A DNA stretch of 64,000 bases, taken from the NCBI GenBank assembly GCA_964658305.1, contig OZ210884.1, positions 372,001 through 436,000 on the forward strand, in the 5' to 3' direction. Positions within the stretch are counted from its first letter, which is position 1. Each line of letters starts with the position of its first letter. The translations under genes were made by a program, and so were the position numbers. Below the pieces are notes generated by a model. That model saw only the letters and a program-made list of their open reading frames with translations, did not search any database and had not been told where the DNA came from. Below, piece by piece: positions 39,485 to 51,572 of this stretch. The DNA is from Leptogorgia sarmentosa (taxonomy: Eukaryota).

Positions 39485-39552
39485 GGGAGAGGGGGTTCAG
39501 GGAGAGGGGGAGAAGGGGTTTAGGGAGAGGGGGTTCAAGGAGAGGGGGAGAT
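39485..39552. repeat. G-rich low-complexity repeat (GGGAGAGGGGGTTCAGG-like)
   Basis: Directly visible. Confidence 0.7.
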
Positions 39553-40075
39553 GGAAAAATCATATTCAAAGATATATAGCATTGGATAAACATTAATAAG
39601 AGACAAATATATCATTAATTTCGATATAGACATACCTTTATTTGTTTACTTTCCACGTTGAAGTCAGGAAACACAAAAGCGCAGTTGGTTACCACAGTTA
39701 TCATTTCTAACCTAGATAACTCGGTGGCACATGCTATTTCTGAACTTACTTCAGCGTTCGGCGACATCGATGAATGGTTGGGTGCAGAATCATTACCTAC
39801 TTGTGGTATTTCGTTCCAATCATAAGGCAAAAAGGACTGAGAAAGACACTCAGAATCAGTTGACGTTGAGCGATTAACATTTACAGTAGCAACACTTCTC
39901 GACGATGTACATGGTACATTTTCCGAAGAAATTTGCTGTCTGCTATAAATGCCTTGTGGTTCTCTGACTTTAGAATGATCTTTGCTCTGTATTTCTCCGA
40001 AGATATGTTTCCTCTTACCATTTACAACAATAGTTTTCCAAGGCTTCGAACTTTTCCTTTTCGAACACAAGATGG

Positions 40076-40889
40076 ACTTGCGGCTAAATAGCGTTTTGGC
40101 ACCAGCGACGCCATCTTGGATTTTAACGTGAGGGAGACTGGGACGATATACAACGCCGACGCAAAATGTAAAAATATTACTGATGCAGGCTATATATGCA
40201 AATATTTTCTTGTTTATTTCTTTGGGATACGCACAATCATCTCGAAGCAAAAGTTTACTCACTAGCGACTTTTCTCTTTTGTCTCAACCTAATCAGCTTC
40301 ACATATTTTCAGATCGAAGGCTCAAAGCTCGAAGACAAACGATAAAGGTTGTTGCGCGCGGAAATATTCATTTGTGAAAAACCTAGCAATCAGAGCTATC
40401 AGCTAAGCTGCCAGTCACCGGTGGGCATTCGCATAAGCAAAGTCCCTCCCGTATTCGGCAAAATTTCGAGAGATTTCCAGCAAGCTTGACGAAATCTATC
40501 AATGTGGACATGTCTCAAAATCTCGCGCGCAGATCAGAGCCTGTTTAACAGGCGCGAGCTTGACGGTAGCCTACATAATTTCGGTTAATCTACTAAATGT
40601 ATTGAGTCTTATTCTTCATAGGGCTGTGTATTACCATCTATTTATTCCTATTTCTATAGCTGCAACGAGCTAACACTTCATAAATTAAATTATCCCACAA
40701 TTTTACCACAGTTAATGGTCTCCTTTCATTAACTGTGATTTTACCAACATTAGTGAATTATACCCACGTTTTTACCAGTGATTTTACCTTACCCGCGAGA
40801 ACCCACGAGCAATATCGTCTTTCCCAGTCTCCCTCACGTTAAAATCCAAGATGGCGTCGCTGGTGCCAAAACGCTATTTAGCCGCAAGT
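40076..40889. mobile_element. Non-autonomous TIR element with 9-bp TSD
   Basis: Perfect ~67-bp TIRs ACTTGCGGCTAAATAGCG...GGGAGACTGGG; TSD ACAAGATGG at 40067-40075 and 40890-40898. Confidence 0.92.
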
Positions 40890-41672
40890 ACAAGATGGAT
40901 GAGCCGCCATTTTCAAAAGATTTCCCGCTGTATACTTCAAATAACATGAAGTAGTCCAGTTTCCGCGCGGGGACTGGGGCCGAGTTTCTAAAATTTAAAA
41001 CATAATTTGTAAGACGTCAATCTCGTACCCAGAGCAATGCCTGTTCGCGGGTTAGGTTTGGCATTGGCTCTGGGGAAACGGAATGAGATTCGTAATTTCA
41101 TTGGCTGTCGTGAGATCAATAACGCCGACGCGGGATTGACGCGAGAATTATTCGTGTGGTATCCCGCGCAAAATGTAAACACTGAACAAAGCGAAGACTC
41201 GCACGCAAATCGTGTTATTTATCTAATCCTCGGCCTGGAACTTTGGTTAATTAAATACTAGCAGTTAGCGATAGAACAATTGTACATCTACGGCATTTGT
41301 CAGAATATTGCATTCGATTCTAATGCCCATACATCGTAACAAATACTGATGTAATGTACTCTAATTTCTAAATCCCAAATTGTTCGTGTTACTCAATTTA
41401 TATTTTTCCTTTTAATTCTTTGTGTGCGACCGCTCGCTAAGCGCAAAACATGTTAATATAGGTCGGGATAAAGTAAAGAAAAACACCACAGTAAAATAAA
41501 TAAACCTATAAAAGTATAGGCTACTTCTAAACAGTTTACAATGTTTACATATTCAATGCCGGTATATTTTGATAACATCGCATGCAGACACCTTGTCATT
41601 AGAAAAACTTATTTTAGAGAGTTATTACACGTCTACACTATAAAGCGTACTAAAATTGTAAGCAGAACGACA

Positions 41673-44600
41673 ATGCATTGTAGATGCTGCCAAACGTTAA
41701 TTTTGAACCGTAACTTCGTCGATTTATTTAAGGAGATAGCAAAGAAGGAAAATGTATTAGAAGCAATTAGAAAATATGGTGGCATAGCAGTTCGTGAGAA
41801 TGAACCGGGGAAATCCAGCGTGATATGTAGGTCTTGTTTTCTCCTCGTAAAGGGCATAAACGATCGAGTACGAAAATTCTCTTCGCTTTGCCAAAACAAC
41901 GACAACACTCGTAAAACCACTTCTTATGCAACTGCTCCGAGCAGTGGTAAACGCACGTTTCTACAACAGCAAAGTCCAGCGAGTAAAGCTGCATCACCTT
42001 CTCTAAAACTTAATAAACCCAAGCGTATAAGACCATTCACATCCCCGTCGGCATCAACATCTCATACAAGTCGTACTTACGATATACCACCACAATCGGC
42101 GACAAATGGGATTTTAACTGGCTCGTTGTTATCGAGGTTTTCCGCAACAACCACACAGTCCGACGACGAATCTGCGAAAAGGTCTGCAAAAAAAGCAATT
42201 GAAACTCGTAGTCACATGATTCTGAAATCTGCCGGTTTAAGGACGACCACTGAGGTAAATTTAGTATAAAATACTACTAATAATTCATGATGTTAAATAT
42301 TTTTTCTGTTTGTGCATGTATGATGCTAATCTTATACATTCATATAGGAATTTGATAGTCTAAAACTGGCAGTGCCGAAATTTACCATGCACGAACCCTG
42401 ATAAACAACCCAATTTCATAAAAAACTGAAATCAATCACAAACAATTAATATACAGTCTTTTTTCCATCTGCAAAAGTATACGAAGGTTGTAGGTTAACA
42501 TAGTGAGAAACATAGGATGAGCAAATTGAGCATGCGATTGTTAATTTCCTTATTGATTCATGACTTTCTTTTCAGCATTTCCACACACAAGATGTTATAG
42601 TAGAATCGGATGCAAGGAAACTGTTTTTGGCGTTAAACACACGTATCCCTGCAGAACTTTGTCGTGTCATTTTTTCATTACCAAATCTAAGAAGCTTGGT
42701 GAAATACACACTGATGAAAGAAATTGACGATCAATGCAGCGAACTTTGCATAAGAAAAGCTCGAAAGGATGGACGGCAGCCCTCTGTTCTTCACGTTAAG
42801 CGCAAGGATACTAAACAACAGTTGCAAGAATTTTCATGGGTAAAAATATTGGAAGAAATGAAACAAAGAGCACCTGATGTTTTGGATTTACTTTGTGCAA
42901 TCAGTATTCCAAAACTCAAAGAATCGGACAAACAAGTCGCCCCTCTCTGTGTTGCTTATGGTATCTTGCTGAATAATAGATGGAAGGAACTCAACCTGAT
43001 TCAGAAAATCATTACAACCTTATTTGGAGTGGGAAACTGTACAGCAAAGGTGCATATAATCATAGGAACATATATCCTATAGGTGCATGTACAGTGCTGA
43101 CCATATTGGTGGAGACCAACGATAACATTCTAATATTACTAACATTTTTAACAAACAGGGTATTTTTTCGACGAGAATTTTGTCACATTTCCCAATAATT
43201 TTTACGAAATCTTCGACCTATTCTTTTTTTAATTTCCAGATATAATTATCTTGATTTCTTTTTCTTTGGCAGACATTTGATCGATGTAACTCCCTTGGTA
43301 TATGTCAAGTTCGACATTCATTCCGGAACATTTTGGACGATCTACAGGAAGGTGTCAAGGACTACTTGAAGAAAATGGTTAAAGAAGGAAAACAACTCCG
43401 CTGGACTTTTGATAACTTTGACTTCAATATTTTAACTAACATCATCATCAGTGGGTATAAGAATTCTGACATGCATTGGGTGTGTCAGTACATTACATTC
43501 GAAAGAGTAGCTTCTTCACATTTGAACGATTCAAAACCACTGGTTGATGACATTTCTAAATTCGAAAATAAGCAATACCTATTGTCCAAAGAGGAACTGG
43601 GCAGTATGCGAAGCGAGTACATCGTCCTGATTAGTCGGATTCTTGTTGATTTTTTCCCTTGCATGAAAGTCCTGAAGAATGTCATTCCATTACATATCGA
43701 ACATCAATTTTCGAAAGAAATGGCGGAGCAATCTGAAATCATCAATATGCCAGTTGTGCCTTATAACCAAAACAAGACGTCAGACATCTGTCGATACATG
43801 GAATACGTTACTGAGTTTCTATATGACATTTATCGTGACTCCAGTGATGAAGAGACAACTGAAACGGATAGCGATAAGGAAGCTTACAACGAGAACAATA
43901 CCTCGACGTCAGCTGAAACTGCAGCTAAAAGATCAGAAGTGCTTCAAGGGGTGAAAGTTCCATTGGTTGGAGACCTTCTTGGTAGAGAACGATTAACTGG
44001 TGCTAAAAAGACAAGGGCAGGTTGTGACTTCTCCAGTGACAGATTCGAACAAATAGTCGAAGTTCCAGCTGTATGGCACGCAAAACAGTTTTTCTTGAGT
44101 GTAAGTAATTTTGATAACATTTTATTAGTATAGTAACGATTATAAGTGGGTACATGAAAACAAAAGTAGAAATAGTCAAACGTTCTTCAATGGATATAAT
44201 TCTAGATTTTTTAGTATTCATTATTTTCAAATTCTTATAGTTCTCTCATAATCAGAAACTTTTGCGTACACAGTATCAGTTTAAAGTTTTTAAGCTTAAG
44301 CTGCATTTCAGGAATGTACAAAACCCACACAGTTATATTTCATGGACCACTTTAAGTTTACAGTTTACTTTCCAAAAACCTAAAAACAATTGGCGAATGT
44401 GGGGGAATGACACACAGAATCGAGAACCTTTGAGCAATCGAAAAAAGAAATACAATTAGTCATTTACTGCTTAAGCTAACTAAGTTTATTAATTATCAAA
44501 AAACGCTCTTTTTATTATTGTAGACAATATGGAAACTGTTATACTCGCCCAAGAGTGCACGAGAAGTTGGCACTATGTACTTTTTTCGACAAAAATTCGG

Positions 44601-46396
44601 GAAAAAAAATGTTTACAATGATGTCAAGAAAAATTTCAAGGCCTCTGCTGAACTGTTAACAGAGGTAACGAAAGCTTATGTTTGCGAAGCATTCATGGAG
44701 TGGGCTGGTTTTGATGCTGTGGAGGGAAACCCAACGAAAATTACAATTCCACATCCGAAGGCAACAAATGCAATCAAGAAAAACTTCATGGATTCGGTCA
44801 TAGGGCATTTTGTTGACAAGTTTGTTCTGCCTGAACTGGATTCAGAGAAAGCCTTGTTGAAAAAGACGAGTCGTCGTGAAAGTGACACAGCTGTCACAGG
44901 TATAAAAAGGCAGTTATCCTAAACTTATCTTGCCAGAAAAAAATTATAATTTTCATTTTCTTATGTCTTATTCTCATATACCTGATATATAGATTAAATA
45001 TTGTAAAACACTTTTACCTATTAATGATTTGATGAAGCCATTTAATGAGTTAAACGAAACGATGCGCGTGTTCACAATTTTCGTATAATTATTTTTGGTA
45101 TGGATTGTATAGGTCAACCATCTCCAACTACAATACAAAGTGGGAGCACTGCTACAACTGCCCAAAACGCTCTCGTTATTCAAGTTAACCCAAAGGCTAC
45201 ATACAAACAAGGTACTGTACAGTACACAATGTTACCATTCCCATGGATTGCTAAAAACAACGAAACAAAGCAGAATTTTAAAACTTGCCAAAATACACAA
45301 ATAACTTAAATGTTGAAGACTGTTTAAATTTCCTATAGATCAAATGGTCGTCATGCTGGGTGATAATGGCAAAGACATTGTTGCCATTGGTAATGCAATG
45401 CTGAGCGATGACGTGGAAAACAGTGAATGGTCAGACCATTTAAAAATAAAAATCACCACAATTGTCAATGCAAGACAGATTACTGAAGAAATGACAAGAA
45501 AACAAAATTTTCAAAAGGGCCAAACCGTTTTCTGGCCCAGAAGATTTGTTGGCATGCTGGCTCGCATTGTTGCAGCCAACCAAAATAAGCCGAAAGATTC
45601 TAACCAATGTAGCACATGTGAACCATCAGCCTCTGGATCTGTTGATGACTCAAAGAATGAAGATCATATCTACAACTATGGTCTTCAAGTGTTGCAATTA
45701 GGCACGTTTTTTATGCAAATAGATGACACAGAATGCGAAGGTGATGGAGAGCGAATGATGAGAAATTGGAAATTGCTCATGCTGTATGCAAGATGCACAG
45801 GACGATCAAAAAAATATGCATTCGAAGCAATGCGTCTGCTTACCTATTGCCGAGCATTATTGAGCGAAAGAATGGCACATAGGGTGATTCATGGACAATT
45901 TGTAAATCCTTCTGGTGGAAAGGGAAAGAACTATGCAAACGACCTAAAACAAGAACATCTGGTAAAATGCAACAAGGTAATTTTACGAGGACTATGCGGA
46001 AACAAGACTTTAAAGGCTGTCACAAGGTCAACCCAAAGTGCATATAATGTGAAGAGGATTACTGTAAATTTTGACAATGAAACTAACATCAAACCAGAGT
46101 CACATGAACATACATATGGAGATCCAGGTGTCGATATAAGTGACATGGTTAAAGTTCTGAGAAAACTGAAACCGTTCAGCTTTAATGAAGGACGAAAACA
46201 TTCAACATTTCCCTTAATTTCGAAGAGCCCCCTTAACAATATTGATGTTGCTTCCCTTGACACTTGGTTAACAAACAAGAAAAAGGCTATTGCTAAGAAC
46301 CCATTCATGGGTTATGAACCAGATGATGGTGAAAATGATGACAGTGACAATGATGATAGTCCTGTGGCAGAGAATTTGGCTGAAGATGATATGTAA
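41673..46396 (+). CDS. AcademH transposase (DUF6589-like), ~1138 aa. Exons 41673-42254, 42576-43049, 43273-44100, 44524-44899, 45113-45211, 45339-46396.
   Basis: All introns are GT-AG and phases join into one 3417-nt open frame. Motifs: CRCC..CRSC zinc finger, WTFDNFDF..MHW, VGDLLGRER, WHAK, EGDGER..WK, KYAFEA, VNPSGGKGKN..DLKQEH. Confidence 0.88.
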
Positions 46397-46790
46397 GTAG
46401 TTATGTAATATATATACTTATACTAATTATAATTTATACTAATGAACAACAGAAAAATCTTATTTAAAGAAAAAGGCAATCTAAAGACATCCTGACTCAG
46501 GACTTTACTTTGTCAGTTCTTAGCTATGATTGAACAAATATTCTAAAAAGTATTCTAAAAAAAGGAAATGTTTCCAGACCTTCTGCTTCTAGGTTATGTT
46601 TGTTACACAGTTAGGTCCAAGACCAATTAATTTCTTCTGCAGACATAGGTTTGGTCATACATAAATTAGCCTTCACAATTCAACAAGTTTTAATTGTAAT
46701 AACAAAGTTAAAGAAAAACTTACATGTAAGAGAAGCCTCATGACTTCTAATTTGACATGATTCCAATTTTATACCAATGTTACGATCAGT

Positions 46791-47337
46791 TTATGAGGAA
46801 AACTTTTTTACAATATCAAAAATAATCTTTGCATTTTCCTTACTAAACACAGGTAAACTATGTTCGACAGCCTCAACAGAAATCAATTGTTCACATTGTT
46901 CAACAACTTTATCAATCAAATATGGTGTAAACCCAGTAGCAAGTGACACACCACCGACACATGATGGTCCAAAATACAAACTTTCCATGAAATTTTCAAG
47001 TGTGTGACGTATTTGATCCTTCTGAGAGTTGCTTATTGACAACAATTTCACTCCCACATCATCATCATAATCTTCATCAATGGATACTGGTAGAATGGTT
47101 TTCAAAGTTGATTGTGATAGTTGTTCTGATAAAACACTTTCACTACATTCATCACATGTACATTGAGCTGCATCATTATCACAACATAAATGGTTTGCCA
47201 AAGAAGTTTCTTTATCATGTCCAAAATAGTTTAATATCAGTTTTCTCTTGCAACTACTGCTGGAGACAAAATCCTTCATGACTGGATCTACAACCCGTAC
47301 ATCATAACTGTTATAATGGATGGTAGCAATAGCTGGG
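46791..47337 (-). pseudogene. C-terminal fragment of a RecQ-like SF2 helicase
   Basis: PAIATIHYN..MKDFV...CKRKLILNYFG...CCDND..C.C is the RecQ Zn-binding region. No ATPase motifs were found upstream. Confidence 0.8.
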
Positions 47338-50108
47338 AAAAAAAATCTCGCAAGTCAATTAAAGGCAGTTGATCTTCCTTCGAAATGTGAGTCATCACCT
47401 ATAAGTATAACTTCACAATATTTTCCACACACACGTTTGTGCTTCTTACGAAGTGGCTGAGTTGGCTCCATGTTTTTCATATTTCCCGCACATGCTGCAC
47501 CGCTAATGACGTCACAAAAGGGGTTCGCGTGGCGCACAAAATGTCCGAAAATATTAGCTCCATTGCTGAAGTTTAAACGACATAAAAAAGCCGAACGCGC
47601 GTTTCTGACACCGTTCAAATTGCTAAGCTATATCATGGTACTATTGAATTTTAACAATTTTAAAAATTTCAAGTAGAGAAGGAGAACAAAAATCATGTCA
47701 TGTGCACTGTAAATTTCTTTATTTTTAATAACTTTTTAACAACCAGAATTCCTTGAGACGTCACGAATCACGCGTGTATATGCAATAGATATTTAGCTGG
47801 TTTAATGTTATCCGTGCGTACGTACATCAAATGTGCGTAAAACAGTAAACGTACGTGTATTATAAAGGAGGGGGCAATGCCCCCCATTTGGTAGAAGTGG
47901 GGGGTCTTAACTCCCCTATGCCCCTGGTTCCGACGCCCTGGGTTGGTTTTTTATTATTTTTATTTTTTATTGTTCTTTTTGTTCATGATCACAATCTCAA
48001 TGCATGCATGAAGATCTTTTTTCTAATGAAAAATAGGCGAAAGTCAGGACCCATTAGGACCCTCACCAGTCTCCACACGCTTTGTAAAAGGCGTAGAATA
48101 ATCATTGCTAGAAATGGCGGAAATTGGAACGCACGCATACGCTCTCGCCCCAACCTCCCGGTTATCGGATATTCAAATTTTTTAGGGACTATAAATACCC
48201 ACAAACATTTGTGCGCCTTAGGGACGAACCATTTGATTGTTGAGGGGGGTTGGAAGATTTAGAAAAACAAATCCTGCAAGCCTGGAAGAAAGAAAACAAA
48301 TCATGCAGGGTGCAACTGAAGAAAAAAAATATCATGCAGAGAGAGTGCTAAAAAAATTTATAAGAGAGCCTGTCAGGGCTCCTTTTTCAAAAATGTCACG
48401 AAGTTTTCACTCCCCCAACTAAACAAAATAATTTTTATATTTCTGCCAATAGAATTTTTTTTCTATTTGCACGCTTGCATTCTGTCAGTGCCTTATAACT
48501 TTCAGCAAATTAATTTAGTTGACTTTTACCAACGAATCCCTGTCTTTGAAATGAAATGTATGATTAAAAAACAATGAGTTTTGATGTGCAATGAAAGAAC
48601 GCAACGAACATTGGCAGGTGTTATTTTTCGACATTAAATTTTCTCTTTTATTCTTCCCTAAAACACTGAAATTGCTCAGAGTTTTTTTTATTAAAATTTG
48701 GTTATTGAGTACATTTCAAATGTTTTGTCATAAACAGTAGCTATAGTCTAAATTAGTAATAAAGTTTGCCGACCACTTGGCGCAAAGCTCCCTATTGCTT
48801 CAGTGAAACGACATCAGCGTTCATAATACAGTTGTGTCTCGAAACAAGAAAATATTGAAGGAACACGGTTTTATTCTCAAAAGGAGTATTCAATCTTCTG
48901 AAAAGAAACAGCCATCGAGGTAGGATTAATTTTCCAAATTGTTATGAACTTGTGTGAAGTATTGTGTTGAGATAAAGAAACAGTTCTATTCCGTCGACGT
49001 GTCTAAACTTGTAGATATAATTTCGTGGTTTCATCGTAGATTATAAAGTCATTAATAAAGCTGTAGTAATTTATAAACGCGCTGTCTCCAACGCCGCACT
49101 GTTTATGCTGTATATAATAAGCGTAACAAAATTTGACCGGTGAAGTACAAAATATGAATTCCACCTGTAGGTTCGTTTCTGTAATTACGCGCATCTCACA
49201 ACATCGGGCAAGAAGATTCCGATGTGTTTGCGCAATTCTAATGAAACGCGTGGTACTTTACTGGCTTCAATGTGTGGCCATTGAATCGATAGTGGATAAC
49301 AACATCAACACTCTGGAAATATTTCTATACTCACTAACTAAACGCCACAATAAAATTCGACATTTTCAACAAAAGCCCATCGTCTTGAATTTATATGATA
49401 ATCCTTATTCTCGAAAAAAGGCCTGGGTGCGAGTAAATATCTCAGGTTGTTGATTTATACCCTAACTGTATTGGCATCCCGAATGAAGGTCGCTGCATTT
49501 ATCATTGGTTCGCTCTCACCTAAAATATGTTACTGTGAATCGGCAACTTTTCACATGAAGATGAAAATTTTAATTTTTATACGTTTCTGTTTCTATGTAA
49601 TGATATGAAAACGAGGCTTCAACGTTTTGACAACAGTCCCCAAGACAACCATGTTTTTTCATTTCATATCTCTAATGATAGAAATTCTTTCCTATTTTAA
49701 AACTTTCATTCGGCCAGTGTATTATAGAGTTTAGCAGATCGGTTTCTTCACTTTTATATTGCTAAGCGAGCGCTAGCGCTGTCTTCGAAACAAAATGTAT
49801 TTTCAAAAACATTGAGTGTTTATGTGTAAGTAAAGAACGGAACGAACATTCGCGCACGTGTTATTTTTTTGACATTCAATTTTCTCATTAACTTTTCACT
49901 AACACTGAAGTCGCTCGGAGGAAATTAATTAATTAATTTGAAGGAAAATCATTTTACAAAGGCTGTCTGTTACTAAACCGAAGTATCGTTCTTGTGAGTG
50001 CGGTATTATTGAATTTTCTCATTGAGTACAATTTCAAGTGTTTTGTCAAAACAGTAGTTTAAATTTTTAATAGACTTTTCTAACCACTTGGCGCAAGGTT
50101 CTTTATAG

Positions 50109-50360
50109 TTAGCAAACGTAAACTCTGGCGTTCATATAACATAATAACGTAATTACGGCCATCAATAGATTATTAGTAACGACAGCGAGCAAGTCGCAAC
50201 AGGACAACACCATTATCATGAAATGACATAACTTCTTTCGAAGCTGTACCGATCTCCAGAAACTGATTATGACCACGGAGTTTAAACATATTCCTGAGAA
50301 AAAGAAGAATACGTTTAAGACGAACATGAATATCAGGTTGATGAAATAAAAGGATTCCAT
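50109..50360 (-). pseudogene. Truncated GPCR paralog (TM1-TM2 only)
   Basis: MESFYFINL...VVIISFWRSVQLRKKLCHFMIMVLSCCDLL is nearly identical to the 51573-52460 gene, then stops. Confidence 0.85.
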
Positions 50361-51032
50361 CTTGAAGCGACCTCTTCTGAAGAAGTTAACGTACGAATGA
50401 CGCCGTTGCTGATTAGGAACAGAAAGCATTTAGAATGAGTAGGATTGACAGTCCTAAGTAGATTTTCGTCATTACCATAAAATAGAACAAGTGGCATTGT
50501 TCAATGAATACGAGAAAAAGATGGAAAAAACGAGACAGTAACCAAGTGATTCAAAGATAAGGTTAATTGAGGAATTTTACCAAAAGATACAATCTTCTAA
50601 TGTGACTCAGATTAAGAAGAAATGCATTTTTCGTTTGCGTGCACTGTGCATCTGTTCTGAGAATTTCAACTTGACTTCTGGTCTCTCAACGTCAGATGTT
50701 TTCTCAAGCTATTTACCAAACGGCAAGCTTATTAGCTATGGAAATAAATTAATGTTTGTTGAACGATGGGTTAAAAACATAATAGTATGAATTTCCTTTT
50801 TTGACTATAAGTTAGATGAAACAAATATATTTCATCTTTTAAACCCAATACTAACACCAGTCTCAACGAACACATGGCATTTAAAGTGTGTATAGATTGT
50901 GTCCTTATTCATCCTTACGGAAGTTATCATATCCGAAGTTTGTCCAGGGCATGGAAGGTGTTTATTTGAGTAGGGAATGCATCGTTTGTGCTATTAATAT
51001 TTTATATGACATTTTATTCAGAATGCAAAAGT

Positions 51033-51095
51033 ACAGTAGAACCTCGCTAACGCGAACTCTCAAGGGGTACGAAAAATAGTTTGAGTTAGCGGGGG
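51033..51095 (+). mobile_element. Tc1/mariner-pogo-type TIR fragment
   Basis: TA followed by CAGTAGAACCTCGCTAACGCGAAC. Confidence 0.45.
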
Positions 51096-51572
51096 TGGTG
51101 TTGACTTTTGGTTATTAGATTAATAAGTAATAAGTTATAGTATTTTTATTGTTCAATCTTATATTATTGTGATACTGCTTATGAAAAAACAGGTTTTTCT
51201 TTGCGCTGCTCACCTGTACTGACAAATTAAACTTGACTTCTTGTCTCTCAACACATTTCTCGTTCTCCCAAAGTTGCACGAGTGTTTACATAACTCAATG
51301 TAAACATGGAAAATGTTTTCTATTCCTTTTATTAAATAGCACGATGATAAAAGCGGACCGAATAAGCATTTGCTTATTGCCATTTTCAGTAATATGACTA
51401 TCAAGGCTACTAATTAAAGCACGGTGAAAACGCCATTCAACGCTAAAATACACTGCAATATGCGGGCTTAATTTTAGACTTCGTGAATCTAATGTTACAC
51501 TTTTCCCAAATGTTCAAAGTCAAGTTTAACGACCACAACTTTGGCGACCAATACGAACGATTGGAATAAACT

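Larger units (their letters stand above)
34185..40910 (-). pseudogene. Decayed multi-exon KDZ (Kyakuja-Dileera-Zisupton; HMGXB3-like) transposase
   Basis: Ordered motifs: YSCSC..CIH (SWIM-like), FECPICKTAPQIIICDGTSL, RGRGTYAAD..CTK..HPTLLPGIFLIFCQHG, GINYGYSVMTTNESPDVPFTIL, PRVVVYDNACNLHSYCLNRDPAFF..VDRLHWADHTG, NSQIAEQSNSGLKKIK..LSYM. Stops and frameshifts are present, plus a MITE in exon 1. Confidence 0.85.
41018..47337 (+). mobile_element. AcademH-type DNA transposon, copy 1 (right end missing)
   Basis: Terminus CAATCTCGTACCCAGAGC is shared exactly with copy 2 but the flanks differ. A DUF6589-like transposase converges on a RecQ-like helicase tail. No matching right TIR was seen. Confidence 0.85.

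Noticed and set aside
39615..40262. 215-aa standalone ORF
   Set aside because: Chimeric read-through from a MITE into KDZ exon 1.
47345..47355. CTCGCAAGT as a second right end of the 40076 element
   Set aside because: Only a 7-nt match, and no ACAAGATGG TSD follows.
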